NCBI GenBank assembly: GCA_017450965.1
Contig: JAFSSQ010000089.1
Span: forward strand, 40,103-104,102
Reading direction: 5' to 3'
DNA from: Clostridia bacterium
GTDB lineage: Bacteria; Bacillota; Clostridia; Oscillospirales; CAG-272
Length of the DNA stretch: 64,000 bases
Shown: positions 38,201 through 46,427 of the stretch, piece after piece
How positions within the stretch are numbered: the stretch's first letter is position 1
How the letters are laid out: every line of letters starts with the position of its first letter
Notes under the pieces: generated by a model
Databases searched by the model: none
What the model was told of the DNA's origin: nothing
What the model saw: the letters and a program-made list of their open reading frames with translations, nothing else
Program-made: the position numbers and the translations under genes

Positions 38201-38786
38201 AGCGGGTCAGACGGGAGCACCCCTCCGGCAGGGTGCGCAGCGCGGTGTAAAGAGAGCGCATCGCGGGCAGGAACCGTCCTTCTCCGCGGAAATCGGCAAA
38301 GACGCCGACCAGCGCGATAAAATCGGCGTCGTTTTTCTCAAAACGGAGCGCCTCCTCGGAGAGCAGCGTTTCGTCGAGGAGGGGGTCCGTTTCCGCGCTG
38401 TCGGTCAGGCGCAGGGAGGCGGGCAGTCCGATCCGGTCCTTCTCCGAGCGCAAGAGGTCCTGATAAAAGCTGTCGATGGTGGAGATGGAGGCGGAGGGGA
38501 GCAGGAGAAGCTGCCGCGCGAGATGCTCGTTATCCGGGTCCGCCTCCAGCCGTTTTTCCAGCTCGGCGCGCAGGCGGCTCTTTAACTGCGCCGCCGCCGC
38601 GCGGGTAAAGGTCACGGCCAGCACGCGGGAGACGGTGCCGGGATGCTCGCCGTCCGTGAGATAGCGGAGGATGTTTTCCGTCAGAACGGCGGTCTTGCCG
38701 GAGCCGGCCGCGGCGCAGACCACGGTATCGCCCGAGGCGCCGATCGCCCGCTTCTGCGCGGGGGTCCAGATCCTTTCCTCAGTCAT
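35247..38786 (-). CDS. addA: ATP-dependent helicase/nuclease AddA
   Basis: UvrD-type motifs (AAAGSGKT, VDEYQDVN) and a C-terminal RecB-type nuclease region (GVIDGFF...DYKTD). 1179 aa. Confidence 0.92.
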   Translation of the reverse strand: MTEERIWTPAQKRAIGASGDTVVCAAAGSGKTAVLTENILRYLTDGEHPGTVSRVLAVTFTRAAAAQLKSRLRAELEKRLEADPDNEHLARQLLLLPSASISTIDSFYQDLLRSEKDRIGLPASLRLTDSAETDPLLDETLLSEEALRFEKNDADFIALVGVFADFRGEGRFLPAMRSLYTALRTLPEGCSRLTRFAEEAEAADGELFQTEAGRVLSDALASDCRLWRARFERALETMEKDHPYRPAAEAEAAFLTTFESALSESYATAAAALRSRAAVPLGSKRKGFDPELRALFKTFIDGYRDAIKKIGLRYFAQTGEEARETIRRGTALLRALADFLSAVEARMEKAKREKGICDFSDVSHYVLRILYREDGTLSDTARSIAACYDRIYIDEYQDVNPMQKKIFDALSRQNRFIVGDVKQSIYAFRGSDPSILDSLRREAADPGRGISSVFMAENFRSSETILDFANAAVAPLFAGGSFLYTKEDELVFGGAAGVPERGSAAPVTVLLRPDADPPKNEKQRRQEEARAVCDEIERLVREEKKADGSPFTCGDVAVLFRRDIQAAALTRELDARALPYTTQKPKDLFESPHVSLAVSLLEAVDNPLRDIPLASVLLSPLFSFSADEFFRLSQTKRPTLWEKLCARSGEESPLGEKAKRAADTVNALRERARRTPTSDLVRSLFFDSGTRAALAAASDAPPAAVSADLGALYRLACSYPADAGKGLGGFTEYLEREKASGLSRALSLPDENSVRLMTIHGSKGLEFPAVFLIGCGKDPDPKESSVFSYSLSAGAATAVPDVRGFLKIENPLRQALSFAQKRQSSEEEKRLLYVALTRARERLCLSAPTTEKIREKAKTERFFAPIPCPGLFESRILYAVTAALACPDLARILVGSGEEAEETLRPAAEAPAPVRIPDAGLEEKLINRLAFSYPDAFLTRIPAKLSVSELSPSVLDEASPLLPDPEGSDPVLRPDQTALAFEDAPAFLLGEKKVGAAEAGTATHQFLQFCRFERAENTGAAEEGKRLFADGFLTERQLGALRVGELDAFFASPFYARLKAGRDLRREFRFNCFLPARMLTTDPALKTSLGGRELAVQGVIDGFFLEGEDVILFDYKTDRLPAGISEEEALSLFSERYAWQLSCYAAALRRIYGKPVADALIYSTALGRAFSLRERLTEA

Positions 38787-41700
38787 GGCTTTCCTCCTCT
38801 CTGTCCGTTTTTTCTTCGGTTTTGCTCTGCTCCCGCTCTGTGAGCGGGAGGCGGCAGACCGGGCCGTAGGGGCAGAAATCGCACTCCGGGCCCTCCGGTC
38901 CGTCGGAGGCCGCGCGTACGTCGCCGGTCAGCAGATTTTCCGCCATATCGGTGATCTTTCCCCATACCGCGTGCCGCAGCTCATCCAGCTCGGGGGCGGA
39001 GAGGGTCAACCGTTTCCGGTTCTTCGGATCCGACCGTTTTCCTTTTCGTTCTTCTTCGGAAAAGAGGGAGAAAAAGGCGGGATCCAGCGCCTGCTGCACC
39101 GTTTCTTCCGCGAGGACGACGCCGTAGAGCGCCACCTCCTCCCGCTCGATCGTCTCGTACTCGTCGTCGCTCGGCGCGCACGCCGCCTTCTTTTCCGGCG
39201 GTTTAGCGATGCAGTAGAGCATCCCGGCGGGCAGGACTTTCCCGCCCTCCGATTTCCCGGCGCGGCAAAACAGGTCGGCGTTCTTTTCGTCGCAGAGCGC
39301 AAAGAGATAGAGGGGAAGCTGGAGGGAGCGCCCCCGGTCGAGGGCGGAAAGGGTAAAGGTCTTCTGCCCGGTCTTGTAGTCGATCACCCGGACGTAGACG
39401 TTGCCCGCGCCGTCGGCAAGGACGTCCGCGCGGTCGACCGTTCCGGAGAGGATCGCCCGCCTGCCCCCGGAGAGGGGGAGAACGGCGGGGGAGGGACTCT
39501 CTCCGTCCCCGCCGAAGCGGATCTCCGTCCCGAAGGTGGTAAAAGCCGACGCGGAAAGCTCCCGCGCAAGCTGCCGCGCGACCGGCGCCACCCCCTCGGT
39601 GAGACGGGTAAACTTCATTTTCAGCAGCGGATCGTCCCGCCGCTCGGGCGGGCAGAGCCGCTCAAACTGCTCCTGCCCGAGCCGGCGCACCTCGTCGGAG
39701 ATCTCCGCCTCGCGGACTTTTCCCTCGGAGAGCGACGGGACCAGCTTTTCAAGCACGGCGTGGACGTAGGTCCCCGCGTGGTTGGCGCCGAGGTCCGGCC
39801 GGGCGTCTTCCTTGACCTTGGAGAGATAGCGCAAGAGATAAGAAAAATGGCAGTTTGCGTAGCTTTCCAGCTGCGACTGGGAGAGCGTGAGATCGCGCGC
39901 AAAGCACGCCTCCCGCGTAGAAGGAGCGAGCACGGCGTCCGGCGTTTTCTCCGGCTCGGGCACCGGGGCGCCCGTTTTTTTCAGAGCGGCGCGCACGGCG
40001 GCCGCCTCCGGCGCGCCGTCCCCGGCCAGGAGAAGATAGTTTTCCGCGGAGCGCCGGTCGGAGAGGAAGGCGGCGGAGGCGGGGTCGTAGACGAGATACC
40101 GCACCGCCGGGAAGAGACGTTTCGTCCGGAGGAAGGAGGCGGCTTCCCGCTCGGCGCTTCCGTCCCTGGAAACGGTGAGATGGCAGACCATCGTCACGCT
40201 CTCCGAGGCGAGGGAGAGCGCCCGGGAGAAAAAGTAGAACTCCCGCGCGGTCAGGATCGCCGCGTCCCGCGTCAGCTCGATGCCGGCGTCGGCGAGCAGG
40301 CGTTTTTCCCGCTCGGAGAAAAAACCTTTGACCGAGACGGCGGCGGGGAACTCTCCCTCCCGCACGCCGAGCAGGTAAACGTGCCGGACCCCGGACGCGC
40401 GGAGGGTATCGGCGGAGCCGACGGTCACGGCGTCGGAGGAGGTCGGGATGGCGGAAAGGTCGGAGTCGGAGAGCAGCAGCCGCATCAGATCGGAAAAACC
40501 GCGCGCGTCGACCGTTTCCTCTCCCGCCGCCCGTACCGCGGTATCAAGGGCGGAGAGCAGCGCGTTCCACACGCCCGCTTCCTCGTTTGCCGCCCGCGTT
40601 TCGCCGGCGGCGCGCAGACGGGCGGCCTCAGCCTCCATTTTTTCCCGGACCCCGGCGGAGGAAAGCAGGGCAAACGCCGCTTCCGCCGCCTCTTTTACCG
40701 TCAGGTTTTCCCGGCGGAGGGCGGCGTCGAAGGGCGCGAGGAGGGAAAAGAGACAGTCGCGCACCCCGTTGATCCGGGCGAGCGTTTCGGCGGCGTAGGG
40801 ATCGCGTCCGTCTCCCTCGAAGCCGTTGACGCTCATCGTAAAGGGAACGCCGGACAAGAGATCGCGCCGCGTGAGGGACCAGGTCTTCGCGTAGCGGAGA
40901 TAGAGATCGCAGTCGTCGTCGGAGAGCGGGAGGCACCCGGATTTGAGAAGGGCCTTCACGTCCTCAGGACGGAAACCCCGCGCCGCGCAGGCGCAGGCGG
41001 AGAGGAAAAAGCGGACGGCGGGGCGGTCATCGAGCTTGCTGCCGTGAGCGAAAAAGGCGGGGATCCCGTGCTCCCGCAGCGCCGGCTCCAGGATCGATTC
41101 CCAGGCGTCAAGCGAGCGGACCACCACCGCAAAATCGGCGTAGCGGCACCCATCCTCGCGGATGCGCCGCGCGAGATCCGCGGCGAGGAACTCCGCCTCC
41201 GCCAGCTCGTCTCCGGCGCGCACGAGGCGCAGCGCCTCCCCCGGATCGTCCGGGGAGGCCGCCTCCCGCCCCGCGTTCCAGAGCGAGGAGGAGAGCCGCC
41301 GCAGGACGGGATTATCCGTCCGGCGGTTTTCCCCGAGCGTTTCGACGAGGACGGGAACGGAGAGCCGCTCGGCGATCGCCTCCAGCCGCGCCGCCGTGTC
41401 GCGGATCTCGGCAAGCCAGATCCCGCCGCCCCGCGGAGAGCCGCCGAGGGTAACGGTCACCGAGTCGGCCTGGGCGAGAAGCCGTTCGATGATCGCGTAT
41501 TCCTGCCCGGTAAAGCTGGTAAAGCCGTCGAGATAGATCTCGCAGCCGCAAAAAAAATCGTGGGTTTTCAGAACGGAGATCAGGATATCCCCGTCGTGCC
41601 CGGGGTCCCCGCCGGCCTCCTCCATCAGCGCGGTATAGGCCGCGAGGATCAGCGCGTATTCCTCCAAAAGGGAGGAGAGCCGCCCGTCGCCGGAGAGGGA

Positions 41701-42117
41701 GCGCGCGGCGGCGGAGAGCTTGTCCGGGGAGACGGCGGAGTCGATGAACTCCCCCACCACCCCAAGCCGTTCCTTGACGCGCTCGGGACTGGTCTTGTCG
41801 GGGAGGGAAAGGTTTTGCAATACTCTCCACATCACCGCCCGTTTCAGGTTCTTTCCGGCGTGCGTGCGGGCAACGCCCCCCACCGAGCGGAACACCGCGT
41901 TTGCAAGGCGGGAAAAATTATCCACTTCCACGAAAAGCGGCGCGTGCGGAGGCAGGGAGGAGAGGATCCGCCCCTCGGCGGAGACGGTCTCCTGCTCGGG
42001 ACAGATAAAGTAGATACGTTTTTCCTTGCCGGGCGCGGCGGAAAGCGCCGCCCGCGCGCGGGCGATGCAGGCCTCCGTTTTGCCGCTGCCGGGCAGACCG
42101 CAGAGCAAAGTCAGCAT
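38779..42117 (-). CDS. addB: ATP-dependent helicase/nuclease AddB
   Basis: MLTLLCGLPGSGKTE P-loop, a C-terminal nuclease (VIDYKTG) and Fe-S cysteines (CDFCPYGPVC). It overlaps the addA start by 8 nt. Confidence 0.9.
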   Translation of the reverse strand: MLTLLCGLPGSGKTEACIARARAALSAAPGKEKRIYFICPEQETVSAEGRILSSLPPHAPLFVEVDNFSRLANAVFRSVGGVARTHAGKNLKRAVMWRVLQNLSLPDKTSPERVKERLGVVGEFIDSAVSPDKLSAAARSLSGDGRLSSLLEEYALILAAYTALMEEAGGDPGHDGDILISVLKTHDFFCGCEIYLDGFTSFTGQEYAIIERLLAQADSVTVTLGGSPRGGGIWLAEIRDTAARLEAIAERLSVPVLVETLGENRRTDNPVLRRLSSSLWNAGREAASPDDPGEALRLVRAGDELAEAEFLAADLARRIREDGCRYADFAVVVRSLDAWESILEPALREHGIPAFFAHGSKLDDRPAVRFFLSACACAARGFRPEDVKALLKSGCLPLSDDDCDLYLRYAKTWSLTRRDLLSGVPFTMSVNGFEGDGRDPYAAETLARINGVRDCLFSLLAPFDAALRRENLTVKEAAEAAFALLSSAGVREKMEAEAARLRAAGETRAANEEAGVWNALLSALDTAVRAAGEETVDARGFSDLMRLLLSDSDLSAIPTSSDAVTVGSADTLRASGVRHVYLLGVREGEFPAAVSVKGFFSEREKRLLADAGIELTRDAAILTAREFYFFSRALSLASESVTMVCHLTVSRDGSAEREAASFLRTKRLFPAVRYLVYDPASAAFLSDRRSAENYLLLAGDGAPEAAAVRAALKKTGAPVPEPEKTPDAVLAPSTREACFARDLTLSQSQLESYANCHFSYLLRYLSKVKEDARPDLGANHAGTYVHAVLEKLVPSLSEGKVREAEISDEVRRLGQEQFERLCPPERRDDPLLKMKFTRLTEGVAPVARQLARELSASAFTTFGTEIRFGGDGESPSPAVLPLSGGRRAILSGTVDRADVLADGAGNVYVRVIDYKTGQKTFTLSALDRGRSLQLPLYLFALCDEKNADLFCRAGKSEGGKVLPAGMLYCIAKPPEKKAACAPSDDEYETIEREEVALYGVVLAEETVQQALDPAFFSLFSEEERKGKRSDPKNRKRLTLSAPELDELRHAVWGKITDMAENLLTGDVRAASDGPEGPECDFCPYGPVCRLPLTEREQSKTEEKTDREEESHD

Positions 42118-43001
42118 GGCGTTTCCTCCTTTGTACACTCGTCCGGACCGTACAGGATCTCCAGATTGCGCAGTACCGTTTCCCGTTTCCGCCAGGCAAA
42201 GGCGCGGCGGGCGAACGCCTCGTCGTCCAGCGCCGCGAGGGTGTTATAGTCGAGCCGCTCGATCCGGTCCTGCCGGAAATACCCGATCGGCGTCTCCAGC
42301 GTGCCGCGCGCCGCGGCGTTTTTCGTCACGGGGCAGACCTTCTGGCAGACGTCGCACCCCCACACGCTGCCGAGGCGGCGGAGGCGTTCTTTTTCCTTTT
42401 CGGTGAGCGCGCCCTTTTTCTGCGTCAGGGCGGAGAGACAGACGAAGGTTTCCCCGTCAAAGTACCCGGGGCAGGCGCGCCGGCAGGCGCCGCAGTGCAG
42501 GCAGAGCGCCGGCGCCGTCCGCCCGGGCAGCTCCCATTCTTCCGGGGAGAGGTCGCTTGCCGCCTCGCCGAGGAAGACGAAGGAGGAGTAGTCCTCTGTC
42601 AGAAAGAGATGGTTGTCCCCCGGGGAACCGAGTCCCGCCCGCTCGGCGGCGAGCGTCTCGCGGAAGGGGGACTTATCGGCGAAAAAGGCGAAGTTCGCCC
42701 GCGGCCAGATCTCCCGCAAAACCGGCTCCAGACGGGAAAAGAGTCCGGCATAGTAGGCGTGGTAGTCCGGCACCGCCGCGTAGGCGGAAAAGTTCTCCGG
42801 GTACCCGGCAAAGTAGGGAACGCAGATCACGAGAAGCGAGCGCACGCGAAAGCCCCCCTCGGGCGCCGCGTCGTCGCCGTCAAGGCAGAGACGGGCGCGG
42901 CGCAGCCGCTCCGGCGAGGAGAGGAGGTCGGGCGTCATCGGGGCGACCCCCCACAGGGAGAGACGCTCTTTTTCGAAAAAAGCGGAAAGTTGTTGTTTCA
43001 T
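42111..43001 (-). CDS. epoxyqueuosine reductase QueG-like 4Fe-4S protein (DUF1730 type)
   Basis: CLHCGACRRACP and CDVCQKVCP ferredoxin motifs after a DUF1730-like N-half. It is shorter than B. subtilis QueG. The stop overlaps the addB start. Confidence 0.65.
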   Translation of the reverse strand: MKQQLSAFFEKERLSLWGVAPMTPDLLSSPERLRRARLCLDGDDAAPEGGFRVRSLLVICVPYFAGYPENFSAYAAVPDYHAYYAGLFSRLEPVLREIWPRANFAFFADKSPFRETLAAERAGLGSPGDNHLFLTEDYSSFVFLGEAASDLSPEEWELPGRTAPALCLHCGACRRACPGYFDGETFVCLSALTQKKGALTEKEKERLRRLGSVWGCDVCQKVCPVTKNAAARGTLETPIGYFRQDRIERLDYNTLAALDDEAFARRAFAWRKRETVLRNLEILYGPDECTKEETPC

Positions 43002-43084
43002 ATTCCTATTTTATCAAAGCCGGCGCGAAAAAGCAACCGCAAACGAAGGGGATGGGACAAAAAAAGGACGCGTCCCGCAAAGAA

Positions 43085-43113
43085 TTGACAAACGGACCGC
43101 TCTGTGCTAAAAT
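43085..43113 (+). promoter_or_regulatory. sigma-A type promoter for the topoisomerase B-subunit gene
   Basis: TTGACA, 17-nt spacer, TGc-TAAAAT. Confidence 0.65.
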
Positions 43114-43143
43114 AATACGGAAAACCATCCGGAAGGGACGAAT

Positions 43144-45147
43144 ATGGAAGAAGCGAAAAAAACGAAGGTCGTATATAACGATACGAGTATCGAAAAACTG
43201 GAAGGACCCGACCGGGTCCGGAAACGCCCGGCCGTTATTTTCGGTACGGAGGGGCTGGAGGGCTGCGAGCACGCGGTCTTCGAGATCCTCTCCAACTCCG
43301 TCGACGAGGCGCGCGCCGGCTACGGTAAGAAAATCACCGTCACGGTGTTCGCCGACAAGTCGATCGAGGTGGACGATAACGGGCGCGGCGTGCCGCTCGG
43401 TTATAATGAAAAACAGCAGGACTGGAACTGGCATCTCGTTTTCTGCGAGCTCTACGCCGGCGGCAAGTATAACAACAAGGACAAGGACAGCCCCTACAAG
43501 TACCCCCTCGGCACCAACGGTCTCGGCGCGTGCGCGACCCAGTACGCGTCGGAATATATGCGCGTCCGCTCCTACGACGGCGCCTTTGTGCGGGAGATGA
43601 ACTTCAAAAAGGGCTTTCCCGTCGGGGAGCTTACCGAGCGGGAGCTGGAAAAAAAGGAACGCCGCACCGGCACCGTCATCCGCTGGAAGCCGGATATCGA
43701 GGTCTTCACCGACATCAACATCCCGGTTGAATACTTTGCGGATATGCTCCACCGCCAGTCGGTCGTAAACGCCGGGCTGCGCTTTATTCTGCGGGTGGAG
43801 AAGGAAAAGGGCGGCTTTGAGGAGACGGAATACGTCTATGAGAACGGCATCACCGATTACGTCGGGGAGCTGGCGGGCGACCGCGCGCTGACCGCCACCG
43901 CCTTTTTCCGGACCGAGATGCGCGGCCGCGACCGCGAGGATATGGAGGACTACGACGTTCTCGCGGAGATCGCCTTCTGTTTGACGAACGGCGTCAGCGC
44001 GATCGAGTATTACCACAACTCAAGCCCCCTCGATCACGGCGGAGCGACCGAACGCGCCGCCCGCGCCGCCTTTACCTCCGCGCTCGACAAGGCGCTCAAA
44101 AACGCCGGCAAATACAACAAAAACGAGCAGAAGGTCACCTATTCGGATATCGAGGAGTCGCTCGTTCTCGTGATCAACAGCTTCTCCTCCGACGCGTCGT
44201 ACGAAAACCAGACCAAAAAGGCCGTGAACAACCCCTTCATCCAGAAGGCGGTCACCGAATATCTCGCCCGGCAGCTGGAGATCTACTTCCTTGAAAACCG
44301 CACCGACGCCGAGCTTTTCATGAAGAACGTGCTCCTCAACAAACGCAGCCGCGAGGAGGCGGAAAAGAGCCGCGTCGACTTCAAAAAGACGCTCGGCAAA
44401 CGCAGCGACGACGCCGCAAACCGGGTGGAAAAGTTCGTTTCCTGCCGCTCGAAGGACAAAAACGTCCGGGAGCTTTATATCGTGGAGGGCGACTCCGCCA
44501 TGAGCTCCTGTAAGCTCGGGCGGGACGCCGAGTTCCAGGCGATCATCCCCGTGCGCGGCAAAACGCTCAACTGCCTCAAGGTCGGCTACGACCGCATCCT
44601 CAAAAGCGAGATCATCGTCGATCTTTTGCGCGTGATCGGCTGCGGCGCCGAGATCAAAGGCAAAACGAAGGAGACGAAGGACGGCTTCCGCCCGGAGGAT
44701 CTCGCGTGGTCGAAGATCATCATCTGCACCGACGCGGACGAGGACGGCTTCCAGATCCGCACGCTGCTGCTCACGATGTTCTACCGGCTGCTGCCCACGC
44801 TGATCAAGGAGGGCAAGCTCTTTATCGCGGAGTCCCCGCTCTTTGAGATCACCGCGAAGGATAAGACCTTCTTCGCCTATACCGAGGAGGAGAAGGACAA
44901 GATCCTCGCCGGGCTCGGCAAGCAGAAGGCGACGGTCCAGCGCTCCAAAGGTCTCGGCGAAAACGAGCCGGAGATGATGTGGGAGACGACGATGAACCCC
45001 GCCACGCGCCGCCTGGTGGCGATCACCCCGGCGGACGCGAAGGAGACGGACGAGATCTTCGAGCTTCTGCTCGGCGACAACCTCGCCGGCCGCAAAAAGT
45101 ATATCGCCGACTACGGCAAGTTCTATATCAAGGACGCGGATATCTGA
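43144..45147 (+). CDS. type IIA DNA topoisomerase, ATPase (B) subunit, GyrB/ParE paralog
   Basis: GHKL ATPase (EILSNSVDEA, DDNGRGVP, GTNGLGA), a transducer domain and a Toprim domain (ELYIVEGDSA, IICTDADEDG). 667 aa. No A subunit follows. Confidence 0.85.
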   Translation: MEEAKKTKVVYNDTSIEKLEGPDRVRKRPAVIFGTEGLEGCEHAVFEILSNSVDEARAGYGKKITVTVFADKSIEVDDNGRGVPLGYNEKQQDWNWHLVFCELYAGGKYNNKDKDSPYKYPLGTNGLGACATQYASEYMRVRSYDGAFVREMNFKKGFPVGELTERELEKKERRTGTVIRWKPDIEVFTDINIPVEYFADMLHRQSVVNAGLRFILRVEKEKGGFEETEYVYENGITDYVGELAGDRALTATAFFRTEMRGRDREDMEDYDVLAEIAFCLTNGVSAIEYYHNSSPLDHGGATERAARAAFTSALDKALKNAGKYNKNEQKVTYSDIEESLVLVINSFSSDASYENQTKKAVNNPFIQKAVTEYLARQLEIYFLENRTDAELFMKNVLLNKRSREEAEKSRVDFKKTLGKRSDDAANRVEKFVSCRSKDKNVRELYIVEGDSAMSSCKLGRDAEFQAIIPVRGKTLNCLKVGYDRILKSEIIVDLLRVIGCGAEIKGKTKETKDGFRPEDLAWSKIIICTDADEDGFQIRTLLLTMFYRLLPTLIKEGKLFIAESPLFEITAKDKTFFAYTEEEKDKILAGLGKQKATVQRSKGLGENEPEMMWETTMNPATRRLVAITPADAKETDEIFELLLGDNLAGRKKYIADYGKFYIKDADI

Positions 45148-45170
45148 CGCGTCGCAGTGGAAAAAATGAG

Positions 45171-45210
45171 AAAAGCCCTTTTGCTGTGCGCAGAAGGGCT
45201 TTTTCGTTTC
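45171..45210 (+). terminator. probable intrinsic terminator after the topoisomerase gene
   Basis: AAAAGCCCTT / AAGGGCTTTT stem with a 13-nt loop, followed by TCGTTTC. Confidence 0.5.
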
Positions 45211-45261
45211 AAAAACCGATCGCGGCGGCCCCGCCGGCGCGAAAAAAAGAAAGGAGCTTTT

Positions 45262-46104
45262 ATGGAGCCGATCAAAAAACCACCTGCCCTCGCCCGCTTT
45301 GAGAGGGCCCTTTATCTGCGGGAAAAAAGCAAAAACACCCGGGAAAAGTATGTGCGGGACGCCGGAGCGTTCCTTGCCTTTCTGCGCGGCGGAGAGATCA
45401 CGAAAGACAAGGTCATCGCCTTCAAAAACGCGCTGACGGGACGGGGATACGCCGTCCGCAGCGTCAACTCGATGCTGGCTGGCGTTAACGCTTTTCTTTC
45501 TTTTATCGGGCTGGAGGATTGTCGGGTACGGACCGTTCGCGCGCAGACGCCGCTCTACTGCCGGGAGGAGAAGGAGCTGACGCGCGAGGAATACCGGCGG
45601 CTCGTTCAAACGGCGCGGAAAAGAGATAATCTCCGTCTTGCCCTGCTTCTTGAAACACTCTGCGGCACCGGGATCCGGGTCAGCGAGCTTCCTTTTATCA
45701 CCGCGGAGGCAGCGCGGGCGGGCGAGGCGGCCGTTCTATGCAAAGGGAAAAGCCGGAACGTGTTTCTTGTGCGCGCCCTGCGCGGAAAACTGCTTGCCTA
45801 CGCGCGGGAGCAGGGGATCCGGTCGGGACCTCTCTTTCTCACTCGCAGCGGCAGACCGATGGACCGGATCGCCGTCTGGCGGGAGATGAAAGCCCTCTGC
45901 CGCGAGGCTGACGTTTCCCCCTCCAAGGTATTCCCCCACAATCTTCGCCACCTGTTCGCCCGCGTTTTTTATGCGCTGGAAAAGGATCTTGCCAAGCTCG
46001 CCGACGTTCTCGGGCACAGCAGCGTCAACACGACGAGGCTCTATATCATCTCGACCGGCGAGGAGCATCGCCGCCGGATGGAACGGATGCGGCTGATCCT
46101 GTAA
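45262..46104 (+). CDS. site-specific tyrosine recombinase (XerC/D-like, 280 aa)
   Basis: N-terminal SAM-like core-binding domain. Catalytic signature: TGIRVSEL (Arg), HNLRHLFA (His-x-x-Arg), LGHSSVNTTRLY (His, Tyr). ATG 45262 follows AAAGGAG. Confidence 0.85.
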   Translation: MEPIKKPPALARFERALYLREKSKNTREKYVRDAGAFLAFLRGGEITKDKVIAFKNALTGRGYAVRSVNSMLAGVNAFLSFIGLEDCRVRTVRAQTPLYCREEKELTREEYRRLVQTARKRDNLRLALLLETLCGTGIRVSELPFITAEAARAGEAAVLCKGKSRNVFLVRALRGKLLAYAREQGIRSGPLFLTRSGRPMDRIAVWREMKALCREADVSPSKVFPHNLRHLFARVFYALEKDLAKLADVLGHSSVNTTRLYIISTGEEHRRRMERMRLIL

Positions 46105-46126
46105 AAAAAAGACCGCCGAGGCGGTC
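46103..46126 (-). terminator. leftward-facing intrinsic terminator between the recombinase stop and the left inverted repeat
   Basis: GACCGCC..GGCGGTC stem. On the minus strand it is followed by T8. On the plus strand there is no U-tract. Confidence 0.5.
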
Positions 46127-46128
46127 TG

Positions 46129-46153
46129 AACAACAGAATCGGTATTACGTTGC
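46129..46153. repeat. left inverted repeat (IRL) of the putative invertible element
   Basis: AACAACAGAATCGGTATTACGTTGC matches the reverse complement of 46372..46396 at 23/25 positions. It has internal dyad arms around a CGGT centre. Confidence 0.9.
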
Positions 46154-46307
46154 TTTTCCAAATCTTCTTCGCAAAACGATCCTCGCAGAAAACGGAAAAA
46201 GACAGCAAAAAACAAAGCCTTGGGCAGATCGTTGAAACAAGACCGGCAAAAGGCTCTTCTTTTTTGCACTTACGCGCAAGTTTTCTCGCTATACTCTGGG
46301 TTCCGAC

Positions 46308-46336
46308 TTGACTTTTTATCGTTTTTATGCTATAAA
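46308..46336 (+). promoter_or_regulatory. near-consensus sigma-A promoter inside the IR-bounded segment, currently pointing at the GT-C-like gene
   Basis: TTGACT, 17-nt spacer, TGc-TATAAA. Confidence 0.65.
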
Positions 46337-46371
46337 AAGGACATCGTAGGAGAAGGTTATTCTTCTCTCAC

Positions 46372-46396
46372 GCAACATAATACCGATTATGTTGTT
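46372..46396. repeat. right inverted repeat (IRR) of the putative invertible element
   Basis: GCAACATAATACCGATTATGTTGTT has perfect 9-bp dyad arms CAACATAAT/ATTATGTTG around an ACCG centre, which is inverted relative to IRL. Confidence 0.9.
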
Positions 46397-46427
46397 TACA
46401 AAATCATTGATAGGAGTAAGCGGCGTT

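Noticed and set aside
38671-42249. 1192-aa plus-strand ORF, antisense to addB.
   Set aside because: It is a shadow frame of addB, with an Arg/Gly-rich nonsense-like translation.
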